Part shown: positions 47,825 to 57,155 of the stretch, in pieces
Layout: each line of letters starts with the position of its first letter
Position numbering within the stretch: position 1 is the stretch's first letter
Origin: Chloroflexota bacterium
GTDB taxonomy: Bacteria > Chloroflexota > Dehalococcoidia > UBA2979
NCBI GenBank assembly: GCA_027593235.1
Contig: JAQCIU010000010.1
Span: 1-64,000, forward strand
Length of the DNA: 64,000 bases
Reading direction: 5' to 3'
Position numbers and translations under genes: made by a program
Notes under the pieces: generated by a model
Told to the model about the DNA's origin: nothing
The model's input: only the letters and a program-made list of their open reading frames with translations
Databases searched by the model: none

Positions 47825-48586
47825 ATGCTCCAGGGTTCAGGCCGTCACCGACTTGTCGCGATGATCACGGTCGGACTGCTGGTGGCCGTCCTCGGCGCCT
47901 GTTCAGGTGGCGGGGGATCTGATCCGTTGACGGCCGCTCAGGCCGAGCAAATCGCCACCGACGCGCTCCTCGTCCGCGCCGACCTGCCCGAGGCCGACTG
48001 GAAGCAGGAGGAATCTCAGGCAGGTTTGGAAGGTCTCATTCCTGGCGGGGGCGGTGGCGCGGGGATCGACATCCTGCCCGAGGCCTGTCAGTCGTTGGAG
48101 GATGCGATCGGGAACCTGCCGGCCGTGCTCGGCGATGCAAACCCGCTGGCGACCAGCAGCCGTACGTTCAGCGCAACCGGCACGCTGCTCAATCTGAAAG
48201 CCGTCAGCACCTCGGTCGTGGTGTTCGCGGACGCCGACGGAGCCGCCGCGGCGGCGGGCGCGCTGGGCGACGCCATCTCCGCGGACAACCTGGAGGGCTG
48301 CATCCAGGCGGCGTTCGTTCCGGCGGGCGACAACGACATCCAGATCATCGAGTTCACGTTGGCGCGGCCGTCGTACGCCCTCGAAGGATCGACCGCGCTG
48401 TCCGCGCAGATCGATGCGATCGCACTGATCTTGCCGATCAACCTGACGCTCGACCTGCACGCGTTCCAGCGCGACAGCGTGCTGGCGCTCTACGTCGCCG
48501 TGCAGATCAACACGAGCGACCTCACGGACGAACACGCCGCCCTGCTCGTCGCCTTCGCCAATCGGGTTGGCGAGGCGCAGCAGTAG
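47825..48586 (+). CDS. Lipoprotein, PknH-sensor-domain-like
   Basis: Lipobox LGAC; 'ALLVRADLP..DW'; two Cys; start may be 47861. Confidence 0.65.
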   Translation: MLQGSGRHRLVAMITVGLLVAVLGACSGGGGSDPLTAAQAEQIATDALLVRADLPEADWKQEESQAGLEGLIPGGGGGAGIDILPEACQSLEDAIGNLPAVLGDANPLATSSRTFSATGTLLNLKAVSTSVVVFADADGAAAAAGALGDAISADNLEGCIQAAFVPAGDNDIQIIEFTLARPSYALEGSTALSAQIDAIALILPINLTLDLHAFQRDSVLALYVAVQINTSDLTDEHAALLVAFANRVGEAQQ

Positions 48587-48639
48587 CGACACTCACCGCC
48601 GGTTGACGCGCCGTTCGGGCAGTCGCAGGCTGTCAGGCA

Positions 48640-49425
48640 ATGGTGAGTTCCGGCGTCCGGCCGTCCGCAGTGACCATGTTCGGCCTGGTCCTCGTTGTTG
48701 CGCTCCTCGGCGCCTGCAGCGACGCCCCCGACCGCGGACCGAACGATGCGCAGGCGCTTGCCCTCGCCGCGTCGCTCACGCGCGAGGACGTGCCGCGCGA
48801 TGGCTGGCGCGCGACCGAACAGGCATTCGAGGATTTGCACCCGACCCCGGATCCTGATGCCACGCCGTTCGCGCTGCCGCCCGGCTTCGAGGCGTGCGAC
48901 CTCATTCAGGAGGCTCTCGACCACCCCCCGACTCCGCCGCAGGCGATCGAAGCCGCGGCAGGCCGGTCATTCTTCGAGGGGGCGCCAAGCGGGACGACGG
49001 CCTTCGTCATGACATCAACCCTCGTCTTTTCCACCGCCGAGCAGGCGGAGGGCTATGTCGAGGAAACTTGGGGTCCCGCTCAGGCTTCGGCATCCGATGG
49101 ACTCGACGGAGAGTGCATGCGAGCGTTCGCGGCTGCGGCGACCGATGTCCACGACGGCAGCGCGATGATCGTCCGCCGCAAGCGCGATCCGGGTTTTACA
49201 CTTCGCGGACTCGAGATCTCGCAGTTCAAGATGACGGTGAGTTCATCAGCTGGCATCGAGGCCAGTGTGAGCACCAGTGCAGTGTTCACGCGCGGTCACG
49301 TCGTCGCGACCTACAACGCGAACGAATCCGAGGAGGGCGCGATCGACCACGAGGCCGTGCTACGCGCCTTCATCCAGCGCGTCACTGACGCGGAACTCGC
49401 CGATCGCGAAGCGACCGAAGACTAG
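48640..49425 (+). CDS. Lipoprotein, divergent paralog of the upstream gene
   Basis: Lipobox LGAC; 'ASLTREDVP..GW'; two Cys; C-terminal 'H.A.L.AF..RV..A'. Confidence 0.65.
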   Translation: MVSSGVRPSAVTMFGLVLVVALLGACSDAPDRGPNDAQALALAASLTREDVPRDGWRATEQAFEDLHPTPDPDATPFALPPGFEACDLIQEALDHPPTPPQAIEAAAGRSFFEGAPSGTTAFVMTSTLVFSTAEQAEGYVEETWGPAQASASDGLDGECMRAFAAAATDVHDGSAMIVRRKRDPGFTLRGLEISQFKMTVSSSAGIEASVSTSAVFTRGHVVATYNANESEEGAIDHEAVLRAFIQRVTDAELADREATED

Positions 49426-49637
49426 AGAAGGCGGCGGATCGGCTTCCGACCGGGACGCGGGTCGTAGCTGGACTTGAACATCTCCAGCTTGTCGCGCTCG
49501 ATCAGGTACTTGCCCGCGAACAGTGTCGCCGGCACTCGCCCCTGCTTGATCAGCCGGCGCAGGCTCTGGGGGTGAATCCCCAGTTCCCGGGCAGCCTCAA
49601 CCAGGTCTAGATAGTCGTCAAACGGGGAGTCAGACAC
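49422..49637 (-). CDS. Small excisionase/BldC-like helix-turn-helix DNA-binding protein
   Basis: YLDLVEAARELGIHPQSLRRLIKQGRVPA...GKYLI; GAGG RBS. Confidence 0.85.
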   Translation of the reverse strand: MSDSPFDDYLDLVEAARELGIHPQSLRRLIKQGRVPATLFAGKYLIERDKLEMFKSSYDPRPGRKPIRRLL

Positions 49638-49786
49638 AGTGGGGTCCCTCGCATCAGAGTGTCCGTTCGCCTCGCTGCCCGTCGGCGGAGCAGCGTGTCG
49701 GCAGACGGCCGAACACGTCATATTGCTGAACTGCGTAAGCGAGGTTACCCAAAACGACGTGATGATGTAAAGCGCGTACGCATTTC

Positions 49787-49795
49787 TTGTCCACA
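49787..49795 (+). promoter_or_regulatory. DnaA-box-like 9-mer
   Basis: TTGTCCACA in an AT-enriched divergent intergenic region. Confidence 0.3.
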
Positions 49796-50018
49796 GTCCG
49801 TCAACCCAACCAAGAAATCCGCGCCCGATCGGACCGGCTCTCGAACGCGCAGCCGCTCACGCGGATTCGCGAATCCCGATTGTCTCGGGGTCGCGCCATG
49901 TCACGGCTGAACGAGTGAGGGGAACAATTTGGGAGCTCGCGGCGTCTTCCATGACATAGCGCCGCTGCGGCGATCGGCTCAGATCCGGTTCGAGCAGTGC
50001 GCCCGGAGAACACCAATC

Positions 50019-50537
50019 GTGAAAACGACCGTCCTCACAATGATTGCCGCCGTCTCGTTCGTCGTCGCCGCATGCGGCAGTGACAGCGGCACGACACCCC
50101 CGACGCCAACACCGGCCAGCGAGGTCCCCACCGATACGACGGTGGCTTCGGGAGCCGCCTCAACGGCCCTCGAGGGGAGCAGCATGGCAATGTGCGTCGA
50201 GAGCTACACCATGAGCACGCTGCCGGCGCGGACCTTCGCCTTCGATGGCACCATCACCGCGATCACGCCGACAGACGACCCGGTGTACGTGAACGTCACC
50301 TTCGAGGTCAGCGAGTGGTTCACAGGCGACGGCGCCGCCGAAGCAACCGTCGGCATGTTCCCCGCCGGCACCGCGCTCCTCGGCGGGCCGGAGTACGAGG
50401 TCGGCACGCGCCTCCTCGTCACCGGCGAACCGCGCTTCGATGACACCCGGCTCGAAGACCTCGTCGCCTGGTACTGCGGCTTCACCCGCACCTACGACGA
50501 CGCCACCGCCGCCGAGTGGCGCGCCGCGCTCAGCTAG
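50019..50537 (+). CDS. Lipoprotein with TIMP/NTR-like OB-fold pattern
   Basis: Lipobox VAAC; C...FAFDGT...VTFEV.EWF.G...VGTRLLV...CGFT. Confidence 0.65.
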   Translation: MKTTVLTMIAAVSFVVAACGSDSGTTPPTPTPASEVPTDTTVASGAASTALEGSSMAMCVESYTMSTLPARTFAFDGTITAITPTDDPVYVNVTFEVSEWFTGDGAAEATVGMFPAGTALLGGPEYEVGTRLLVTGEPRFDDTRLEDLVAWYCGFTRTYDDATAAEWRAALS

Positions 50538-50673
50538 CGAAACGCCAGCGCCCGCAGAGACGTCGACGGCTATCCGCTCCCCGGCCTCGGCATTCCGCAA
50601 GCACGGTAAACGTCGTGACGAACCAACGGTGCCGCTCAGACAGGCGCGAAGCGTCGGTGAGCCTCGAAGAGGC

Positions 50674-51903
50674 TTAGATGGTGGGGACGGCGGTGGCGCG
50701 GAGGTGGACGACCGCGGCCGGGAGCTCCTGCGCGATGTAGTCGATGTCCGCGTCCGTGTGTGACGGCGACAGCGTCATCCGCAGCGAACCGATGGCCAGC
50801 TCAAGCGGCACGTTCATCGCCAGCAGTACGTGGCTCGGCTCCCAGGTTGCCGAGGTGCAGGCCGCGCCGGCAGAGCACTCGATGCCACGCCGATCGAGGG
50901 CTTCGACCATCGCTTCGCCCTCAACACCGGGGAAGCACAGGTGCAAGTTGTGCGGCAGGCGCTCAGTCGGGTGTCCGTTCAGCCGGGCGTCCGGACAGGC
51001 CGCCATCACCTGATTGAGCAGTCGATCGCGCAGGCGCGCGGTCTGCTCGTGGAAGTCAGCTCGCTCGGCCTGTGCCAGCCGTAGCGCGGTCGCCATTCCG
51101 ACCACCCCTGACACGTTCTCCGTACCGGATCGCCGCTGGCGCTCCTGCCCGCCGCCGGAAGCCTGCTCCAGGAACGGCACGCCTCGGCGGATGTAGAGGA
51201 CGCCGGTGCCTTTCGGGCCGCCGAACTTGTGGCCGGACAGCGACAGCAGGTCGACGCCCAGCAGATCGACGTTGAGCGGTAGCGACGACGCTGCCTGCAC
51301 GGCGTCCGTGTGGACGGGGATGTGCCGGCCCAGTTCCGAGGCGCGCGCCTTCACCGCGTCCGCGATCGCGGCGATCGGCTGGATCGTGCCGACCTCGTTG
51401 TTGGCATAGCCGATCGAGACGAGGACCGTGTCGTCGCGGACCGCCGCCGCGACCTGTGCCGCGGTCACCCGTCCGTACTCGTCCACCGGAAGCAACTCCA
51501 CCTCGAAACCGAACCGTTCGAGGTAGTGCGACGAGTGCAGGACCGCGTGATGCTCCACCTCGGTAGTCAGCACGTGGCGCCCGACGCCCGCGTCCGCCTG
51601 CGCGAACGCCACACCCTTCAGGGCGGCGTTGATGCTCTCGGTACCGCCGGAGGTGAAGACGACCTCCTCGGGCAGACCACCCAGCACCTCGGCGACCAGC
51701 TCACGGGCGCGATCGAGCGCCTCGGCGGCGCGCCGCCCGCCGGCGTGATGAGCGGATGGATTGGCGAAATCCTCGGCGAATAGGGGCAACATCGCCGCCA
51801 GCGCCTCGGGGCGCACGGGTGTGGATGCCGCGTTGTCGAGGTAGATGTGGCGGGGTGGTTCCGAGGCCGCGGTGCCGGGGTCCGGCGCTGGGGATGAGGT
51901 CAT
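50674..51903 (-). CDS. iscS: Cysteine desulfurase (group I, IscS/NifS)
   Basis: IYLDNAAST, FTSGGTESIN, HTDAVQ, SGHKFGGPKG, CSAGAAC. Confidence 0.92.
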   Translation of the reverse strand: MTSSPAPDPGTAASEPPRHIYLDNAASTPVRPEALAAMLPLFAEDFANPSAHHAGGRRAAEALDRARELVAEVLGGLPEEVVFTSGGTESINAALKGVAFAQADAGVGRHVLTTEVEHHAVLHSSHYLERFGFEVELLPVDEYGRVTAAQVAAAVRDDTVLVSIGYANNEVGTIQPIAAIADAVKARASELGRHIPVHTDAVQAASSLPLNVDLLGVDLLSLSGHKFGGPKGTGVLYIRRGVPFLEQASGGGQERQRRSGTENVSGVVGMATALRLAQAERADFHEQTARLRDRLLNQVMAACPDARLNGHPTERLPHNLHLCFPGVEGEAMVEALDRRGIECSAGAACTSATWEPSHVLLAMNVPLELAIGSLRMTLSPSHTDADIDYIAQELPAAVVHLRATAVPTI

Positions 51904-51964
51904 ATCAAAACGCTACCCCTCGGGGGTATCACCGGTCAATGTGAGCAGCCTCACCTGCGGGCGA

Positions 51965-53338
51965 TCATCGTGCGAGCCACTCCGGTGGCGCCGACCCGAT
52001 CTCCGAGGGCGCTCGATCCCAACGAGGTGGGCTCGCGGGCAACTCGCCGATTGCCCGTACCGCGTGCATCCGCCCGAACTCCGAGTCGACCTCGTGCATG
52101 TACCGCTCGAGGTCCACTGCCGCCTCGGGCGCGCCGCCGCTTCCGAGGCCGACGAGCCAGTTCCGTGTCCGCAGTAACGCCAGCCGCGCCAGCCAGCTCC
52201 CGCCCTCCTGCTGTCGCCGCGTGAGCCCTCGGATCGCCGCGAATGCGCCAAGAAAGCCGGTCGCGTGATCGAGGGCCTGCACCGGGAGGTGAGCCGGCCG
52301 CCCGTCCGCGCCCGCCGCTGCGAGCGCGATACCGGTCGTCGATTGGATGATCGAATCGAAGCCACGGCGACCGCCCCAGGGGCCGGTCCATCCGAACGCG
52401 CAGATCTGCACGATTACGATGCCGGGGCGGATCCGCGCTACCTGCTCCGGCCCGAACCCCAACTTCGCCAGCGATCCGGGCCGAAACGCATCGATCAGCA
52501 CGTCCGCACTTCCGAGGAGTCGCGTGAACGTCGATTTCCCCTCGGGCGACCGCAGGTCGATGTTCGTGTTCCGCTTCCCGAACCCCGTCGTCTGTGCCCC
52601 GCTCGCCGTCCACGGCAGATGGTCCGCGCCAACGCGCAGCACGTCCGCCCCGTGCGACGCCAGCGTCATCCCCGCGACCGGCCCCGCCAGCACGCGCGAA
52701 CAATCGAGGACCCGCACACCCTCGAGCGGTCGCGCCGCCGAGAGGGATGGCAGCGGCCCGCCCCCGTCGCCGATCCGCTCGAAGTCGAGCACCGGCCGCT
52801 TTGCCGTGGCCTGCGCGTGCGGATGCGCGTCCCATTCGTCCAGGGTGCGGTATGCCGCCGCCACCATCCCCGCCTCGATCAGCGCGGTCTCCAGCTCGAC
52901 CGCGTCCCACTGCGCGATCGCCGCCTCGAACGCAGCGCGCTCCTCCGCCACCTCGAGGCATTCGGCAATCCCCGAGGCGTGATGCGGGAAGTTGCAGTGC
53001 AGTTGGATGAAGCGCTCGTCGCGTGTCTGGTACGCCCCCGACAACGTCGCCCAGGCATCCACCGGGGCTCCGTTCACCCGGAGCACCCGCTCCGCCGAGA
53101 ACGCTGCGGCCGCATGCGCCCGGTCCACGCCGACCCGCTGTCGCGCTCCGCCCCGCGCCGCCAGCAGGTCGGCCGCCGCCAGGGTCGCTGCTCCGACCGA
53201 CGCCGCCGCCGCCTCGGTGACGGCAAACTTCGAGGCCAGCACGTGCTCAGGTCCGCTGACGTCGAAGCCGTCCGTTGCCGCCGGCTCACCGCCGCTCAGT
53301 GCCCAGAGCGCTTCAACGTGTGCGCGTGTGTCGACCAC
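51965..53338 (-). CDS. Family III CoA-transferase (CaiB/BaiF)
   Basis: PLEGVRVLD.SRVLAGP, GADVLRV, GKR, FRPG, RRGFDS. Confidence 0.9.
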   Translation of the reverse strand: MVDTRAHVEALWALSGGEPAATDGFDVSGPEHVLASKFAVTEAAAASVGAATLAAADLLAARGGARQRVGVDRAHAAAAFSAERVLRVNGAPVDAWATLSGAYQTRDERFIQLHCNFPHHASGIAECLEVAEERAAFEAAIAQWDAVELETALIEAGMVAAAYRTLDEWDAHPHAQATAKRPVLDFERIGDGGGPLPSLSAARPLEGVRVLDCSRVLAGPVAGMTLASHGADVLRVGADHLPWTASGAQTTGFGKRNTNIDLRSPEGKSTFTRLLGSADVLIDAFRPGSLAKLGFGPEQVARIRPGIVIVQICAFGWTGPWGGRRGFDSIIQSTTGIALAAAGADGRPAHLPVQALDHATGFLGAFAAIRGLTRRQQEGGSWLARLALLRTRNWLVGLGSGGAPEAAVDLERYMHEVDSEFGRMHAVRAIGELPASPPRWDRAPSEIGSAPPEWLAR

Positions 53339-53429
53339 CGATCACCCCCACCTTCCCGGGAAGTATCGCAGTTCAGTCGCAGCGCATTGCCTCGTGCGTT
53401 ACATTCGTCGTCACGAATGGATGGCGCCT

Positions 53430-54365
53430 ATGCACCCCTTCCGATTTGGCCTCAGCGCACGCGGCCTTGAGGGCCCGGCCGAGTGGACCAGCCTCGCCCG
53501 CCGCGTGGAATCGCTCGGCTACGACACGTTGTCGGTCGCCGACCACCTCGTCGACGGCCTGCTCCCGCCGTTCGTCGCGCTTGCGACCGCGGCTGCGGCG
53601 ACCGAGCGCATCCGGCTCGGCACGCTGGTGCTCAACAACGATCTGCGCCACCCGGTGATGACCGCGCGGGAAGCCGCTGCGCTGGACGTGCTCAGCGGCG
53701 GCCGGGTCGAACTGGGGCTTGGCGCCGGTCACTCGAAACCGGAGTACGAGGCGATCGGCCTCCCCTTCGACGACGCGTCCACGCGCGTGGAGCGCCTCGA
53801 AGAATCCGCCGCCATCGTCAGCCGCCTGCTCCGAGGCGAGACTGTGAACTTCGAGGGCGCGCACTACCAGGTCCTCGCACACCAGCTCTGGCCGCGACCG
53901 GCACAGGAGAAGCTGCCGTTGTTGATCGGCGGCAACGGTCCGCGCCTGCTGCGCCTCGCCGCGCGTGAAGCCGACATCGTCGGGTTCACCGGGATGGGCC
54001 GCACCCTCGAGGATGGCCAGCGACACGAGCCGACGGGCTTCGGTCCGACGGCGGTCGATCAGCGCGTCGCGCTCGTCCGATCCGCCGCAGGGGAACGCTC
54101 GGCACGCCTCGAGTTCCAGGCACTCGTGCAGTCAGTCGTCATCACGGACGACCGCCAGGGCGCAGCGGCCGCGATGGTCGGCGAACTCTCGCCGCTCAGC
54201 GGGGCGGACATCCTCGGATCGCCGTTCCTGCTCATCGGAACACCGGACGAGCTCAGCGAGGAGCTGCGCGGGCACCGCGAGCGGTTCGGTATCTCCTACT
54301 ACACGGTCTTCGAGAAAGACCTCGAAGCGTTGGCCCCGGTCGTGCAGGCGCTGACCGGGACGTAG
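53430..54365 (+). CDS. LLM-class F420-dependent oxidoreductase
   Basis: HPFRFG, ADHL, GTLVLNNDLRHP, LSGGRVELGLGAG, IGGNG. Confidence 0.88.
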   Translation: MHPFRFGLSARGLEGPAEWTSLARRVESLGYDTLSVADHLVDGLLPPFVALATAAAATERIRLGTLVLNNDLRHPVMTAREAAALDVLSGGRVELGLGAGHSKPEYEAIGLPFDDASTRVERLEESAAIVSRLLRGETVNFEGAHYQVLAHQLWPRPAQEKLPLLIGGNGPRLLRLAAREADIVGFTGMGRTLEDGQRHEPTGFGPTAVDQRVALVRSAAGERSARLEFQALVQSVVITDDRQGAAAAMVGELSPLSGADILGSPFLLIGTPDELSEELRGHRERFGISYYTVFEKDLEALAPVVQALTGT

Positions 54366-54416
54366 CCCGCGGCAGGTCCTTCGCGTCCCACGCGCCTCCA
54401 CCGAGGGCGACCATGG

Positions 54417-55829
54417 CTATTCGCGTGTGTAGTGGTCGACCACCCGGCCGAGCCCCTGAGCGCCGCGCTCGAACGAGGGATACACCGCGAACCCTCGCTC
54501 CGCGACGCGATCGCGGACACTCGCCACCTCGGCGACGTCGCCGGTCATCACACCGTGGGTCGGCATGACGAGAATCACCGGCTGCTTCGTCTTGGCGCGA
54601 TACGCGTCGAGCAGATCGAGGATCTCCTCCAGATCGCCGGGCTTCTCGAACCCGCGCGAGCGGAACTCCAGCGCCACGCCGCCGGTGATGATCGGCTCAT
54701 CGGCGAGGATTTCGAGGATCTTCTGGAGGTTCTCCGCCTCGCTGCGAATCGTCGACGCCGCGTCAAACGGGTTCCGGTACGAGCCGCCGACGGTCATGAA
54801 GAACTCGGCGAAGCGGTCGTAGGACCGCTGGCTCAGCTCCGGAACGTTGAACCCGAAGCGCTCGAACTGATCGGTGATCGCGACTGATTGACCGCCGGTC
54901 ATCGCGATCAGCGCGATGTCGCGTCCGGTCGGCTGCTCCGTGTGCACGAGCGCGGCGATCGCGTCGATCGCCTCCTCGATGGAGCCAACCGCGATCGCGC
55001 CCGTCTGCTTGAGCATCGCGTCCCAGACGGACTGCGAGGAGGCCAGGGACCCGGTGTGGGAGTTGACCGCGCGGGAGCCGGCGGTGGAACGCCCGCCCTT
55101 CCAGACGATCACCGGCTTCTTCTTCGTCGCCTCACGCAGCGTGTTGAAGAACCGCCGCCCGTCGCGCGTCCCCTCCAGGTACATCGCGATCGCCGGGGTC
55201 TCCGGGTCGTTCACGAGGTATTCGAGGTAGTCCGACTCATTGAGGATCACCGCGTTGCCGAAGGAGATCGTGCGGCGCACCTTCACGCCAACAGACTGGG
55301 CGCCGTTGGTCATCCCGATGCCGTGCGTCCCGCTCTGCGAGATCACCGAGACGTCGCCGCCCTCGCCGTGCTCCAGACCGCCGCCGAACTTCACGCCCAG
55401 CTTGCGGTTGTAGACGCCCATGCAGTTCGGGCCAACCAGCGGCATGCCGGCATCAGTGCACATCTGCACCAGCTTCGCCTGCAACTCGATCCCCTGCGGC
55501 TCCTTCGTCTCGGCGAAGCCGGAGGTGAACATGCTGATCCCACCGACGCCCTTCTCGATCGCGTCGGCGACGACGAACGGCGTGACCTGCCGGGGCACCG
55601 CGCAGATGACGAGGTCCACGTCGCCCGGAATGTCCTTCAGCGACTTGTAGTTGGTGATCCCCTTCGCTTCGATGCCGGGGATCTCCTTCTCGTCGAGTTG
55701 GACCGAGTAGAGCTGCCCGGTGAAGTGCTCCTGGTTGGAGAGCCACTGGTACTGCGGTCCCTTGTCGCCCACGACGGCAACACTGGATGGGTTGAGTGCG
55801 CGGTGCAGCCGCGCCTGGTCGATCGGCAT
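54417..55829 (-). CDS. ADP-forming acetate/acyl-CoA ligase alpha subunit
   Basis: NPSSVAVVG, SGFAE, GPNCMG, SQSG, SFGN, phospho-His SHTGSLA. Confidence 0.88.
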   Translation of the reverse strand: MPIDQARLHRALNPSSVAVVGDKGPQYQWLSNQEHFTGQLYSVQLDEKEIPGIEAKGITNYKSLKDIPGDVDLVICAVPRQVTPFVVADAIEKGVGGISMFTSGFAETKEPQGIELQAKLVQMCTDAGMPLVGPNCMGVYNRKLGVKFGGGLEHGEGGDVSVISQSGTHGIGMTNGAQSVGVKVRRTISFGNAVILNESDYLEYLVNDPETPAIAMYLEGTRDGRRFFNTLREATKKKPVIVWKGGRSTAGSRAVNSHTGSLASSQSVWDAMLKQTGAIAVGSIEEAIDAIAALVHTEQPTGRDIALIAMTGGQSVAITDQFERFGFNVPELSQRSYDRFAEFFMTVGGSYRNPFDAASTIRSEAENLQKILEILADEPIITGGVALEFRSRGFEKPGDLEEILDLLDAYRAKTKQPVILVMPTHGVMTGDVAEVASVRDRVAERGFAVYPSFERGAQGLGRVVDHYTRE

Positions 55830-55832
55830 CGC

Positions 55833-56525
55833 CTAGGCCTCCGCCAGCACGATGTGCGCATCCGCCGCCATCGCGCCGGTGGGCGAGGCAAAGATCGGGT
55901 TGAGGTCCAGCTCCGCGATCTCCGGGTTCGCCTCAACGACCGCGGAGACCTTGAGGATCAGCGCCTCGAGCGCATCGAGGTCGGCTGGCTTCGTCCCGCG
56001 CGCGCCCTGCAGCAGCGGGAAGCCCTTGATCTCGCGGATCAGCTGGTGCGCATCGCGCGGCTCCAGCGGGACGATCCGGAACGCGACGTCCTTCATTACC
56101 TCGACGAACACGCCGCCGAGGCCAAACATCATCACCGGACCGAACTGCGGGTCGGTCGTCGCGCCGATGATCACCTCGGTGCCGGGAGGCGCCATCGCCT
56201 GGACCGCGATGCCATCGATGGTCGCCTTCGGTGCGGCGGCCTTCACCGCGGTGTTGATCTGCTCGAAGGTCGCGCGCACACCCGCGGCGTCTTTCACACC
56301 GACGACGACGCCGCCGATGTCCGACTTGTGGGCGATGTCGGGCGACACCACCTTCATCACGAGCGGGAACCCGAGCGCCTCGGCAGCCGCGACGGCTTCG
56401 TCGGCGGTGGTCGCCAGGCGCGTCTCCGCCACCGACACGCCGGCCGCGCTCAACAGTTGTCCGGCCTCAACCTCGGTCAGTTGCGAGCGCCCTCGGGCAC
56501 GCGCAGCCGCGATTACTTCGTTCAT
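55833..56525 (-). CDS. ADP-forming acetate/acyl-CoA ligase beta subunit (ATP-grasp)
   Basis: GFPLVMKVVSPDIAHKSDIGGV, DPQFGP.MFGLGG, ELDLNP. Confidence 0.9.
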   Translation of the reverse strand: MNEVIAAARARGRSQLTEVEAGQLLSAAGVSVAETRLATTADEAVAAAEALGFPLVMKVVSPDIAHKSDIGGVVVGVKDAAGVRATFEQINTAVKAAAPKATIDGIAVQAMAPPGTEVIIGATTDPQFGPVMMFGLGGVFVEVMKDVAFRIVPLEPRDAHQLIREIKGFPLLQGARGTKPADLDALEALILKVSAVVEANPEIAELDLNPIFASPTGAMAADAHIVLAEA

Positions 56526-56856
56526 CGGTGGCTCCGTTCAATCAGGTAGTCGCCGCCCGGTCGCCCCATCAGTGGACGCCGGACCCAGGGCGCCGCAAGC
56601 ATAGGAGGGCCCCACGCGCCGGGCAATAACAAACGCCGGTTGGCGCCATCCGCGATGGACGGCGCTCCGGCGGCACGAGCAAGTGGTGGGACCGGGGAGA
56701 TCATGCCCGCCGCCACCTGAGGGCGATCGAGCAGAGCGTTCGACCGGCTTCGAATTCCACGCTTCACCCGTGCTGCGTCTAGACGTCGCGAACGGCGAAT
56801 GTAGCGGAGCGATGCGTCGCCATCTGGCAACGGGCCTCGAACCGGCCGAACATGCA

Positions 56857-56893
56857 GAGACGCCCGCCTCTCGTACGAAGAGGCGGGCGTCTC
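56857..56893. terminator. Strong 15-bp hairpin
   Basis: gagacgcccgcctct-cgtacga-agaggcgggcgtctc. Confidence 0.65.
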
Positions 56894-56894
56894 C

Positions 56895-57060
56895 TGAGCC
56901 CCATTGGTGCCTGCTCGACCCGTAACCCCGCAGACCGGGTTGCGAATCGACCCCCGCCAAGGCGTAGTCAGAGGTTAGGCGCGCCACCCTCGCCCAAGCC
57001 CGAGTTGCGAACATGGTCGTGCACATGACACGCACATTGCCGCCCGCCGCCAGTGGATCA
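56895..57060. ncRNA. Candidate structured RNA (unassigned)
   Basis: Ends are complementary (ccattggtg / cgccagtgg); internal hairpin 56915-56950; adjacent strong hairpin; lies in a ~630-bp gap without a convincing CDS. Confidence 0.3.
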
Positions 57061-57155
57061 CCGGTGGAAATCGCGAGCATCGAGGGCCAACCACCCCACG
57101 GCCGGCCGGTACACCCGCTTGCGCTCCCCACCGGCGCGCGTGAACCATGGGAGCC

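Noticed and set aside
49422-49637. Excisionase as a sign of a prophage or ICE
   Set aside because: No integrase, att repeat, tRNA or phage genes in the window
54888-56549. 553-aa plus-strand ORF
   Set aside because: Shadow of the acyl-CoA ligase subunits
56636-56725. Resemblance to a ZTP (pfl) riboswitch (gtgggaccggggag, gcccgcc)
   Set aside because: Lacks GACUGGCG and the CCUGGGC 3' element; gene context is unsuitable
56730-56775. tRNA T-loop-like ggcttcgaattcc
   Set aside because: No cloverleaf, acceptor stem or CCA could be built
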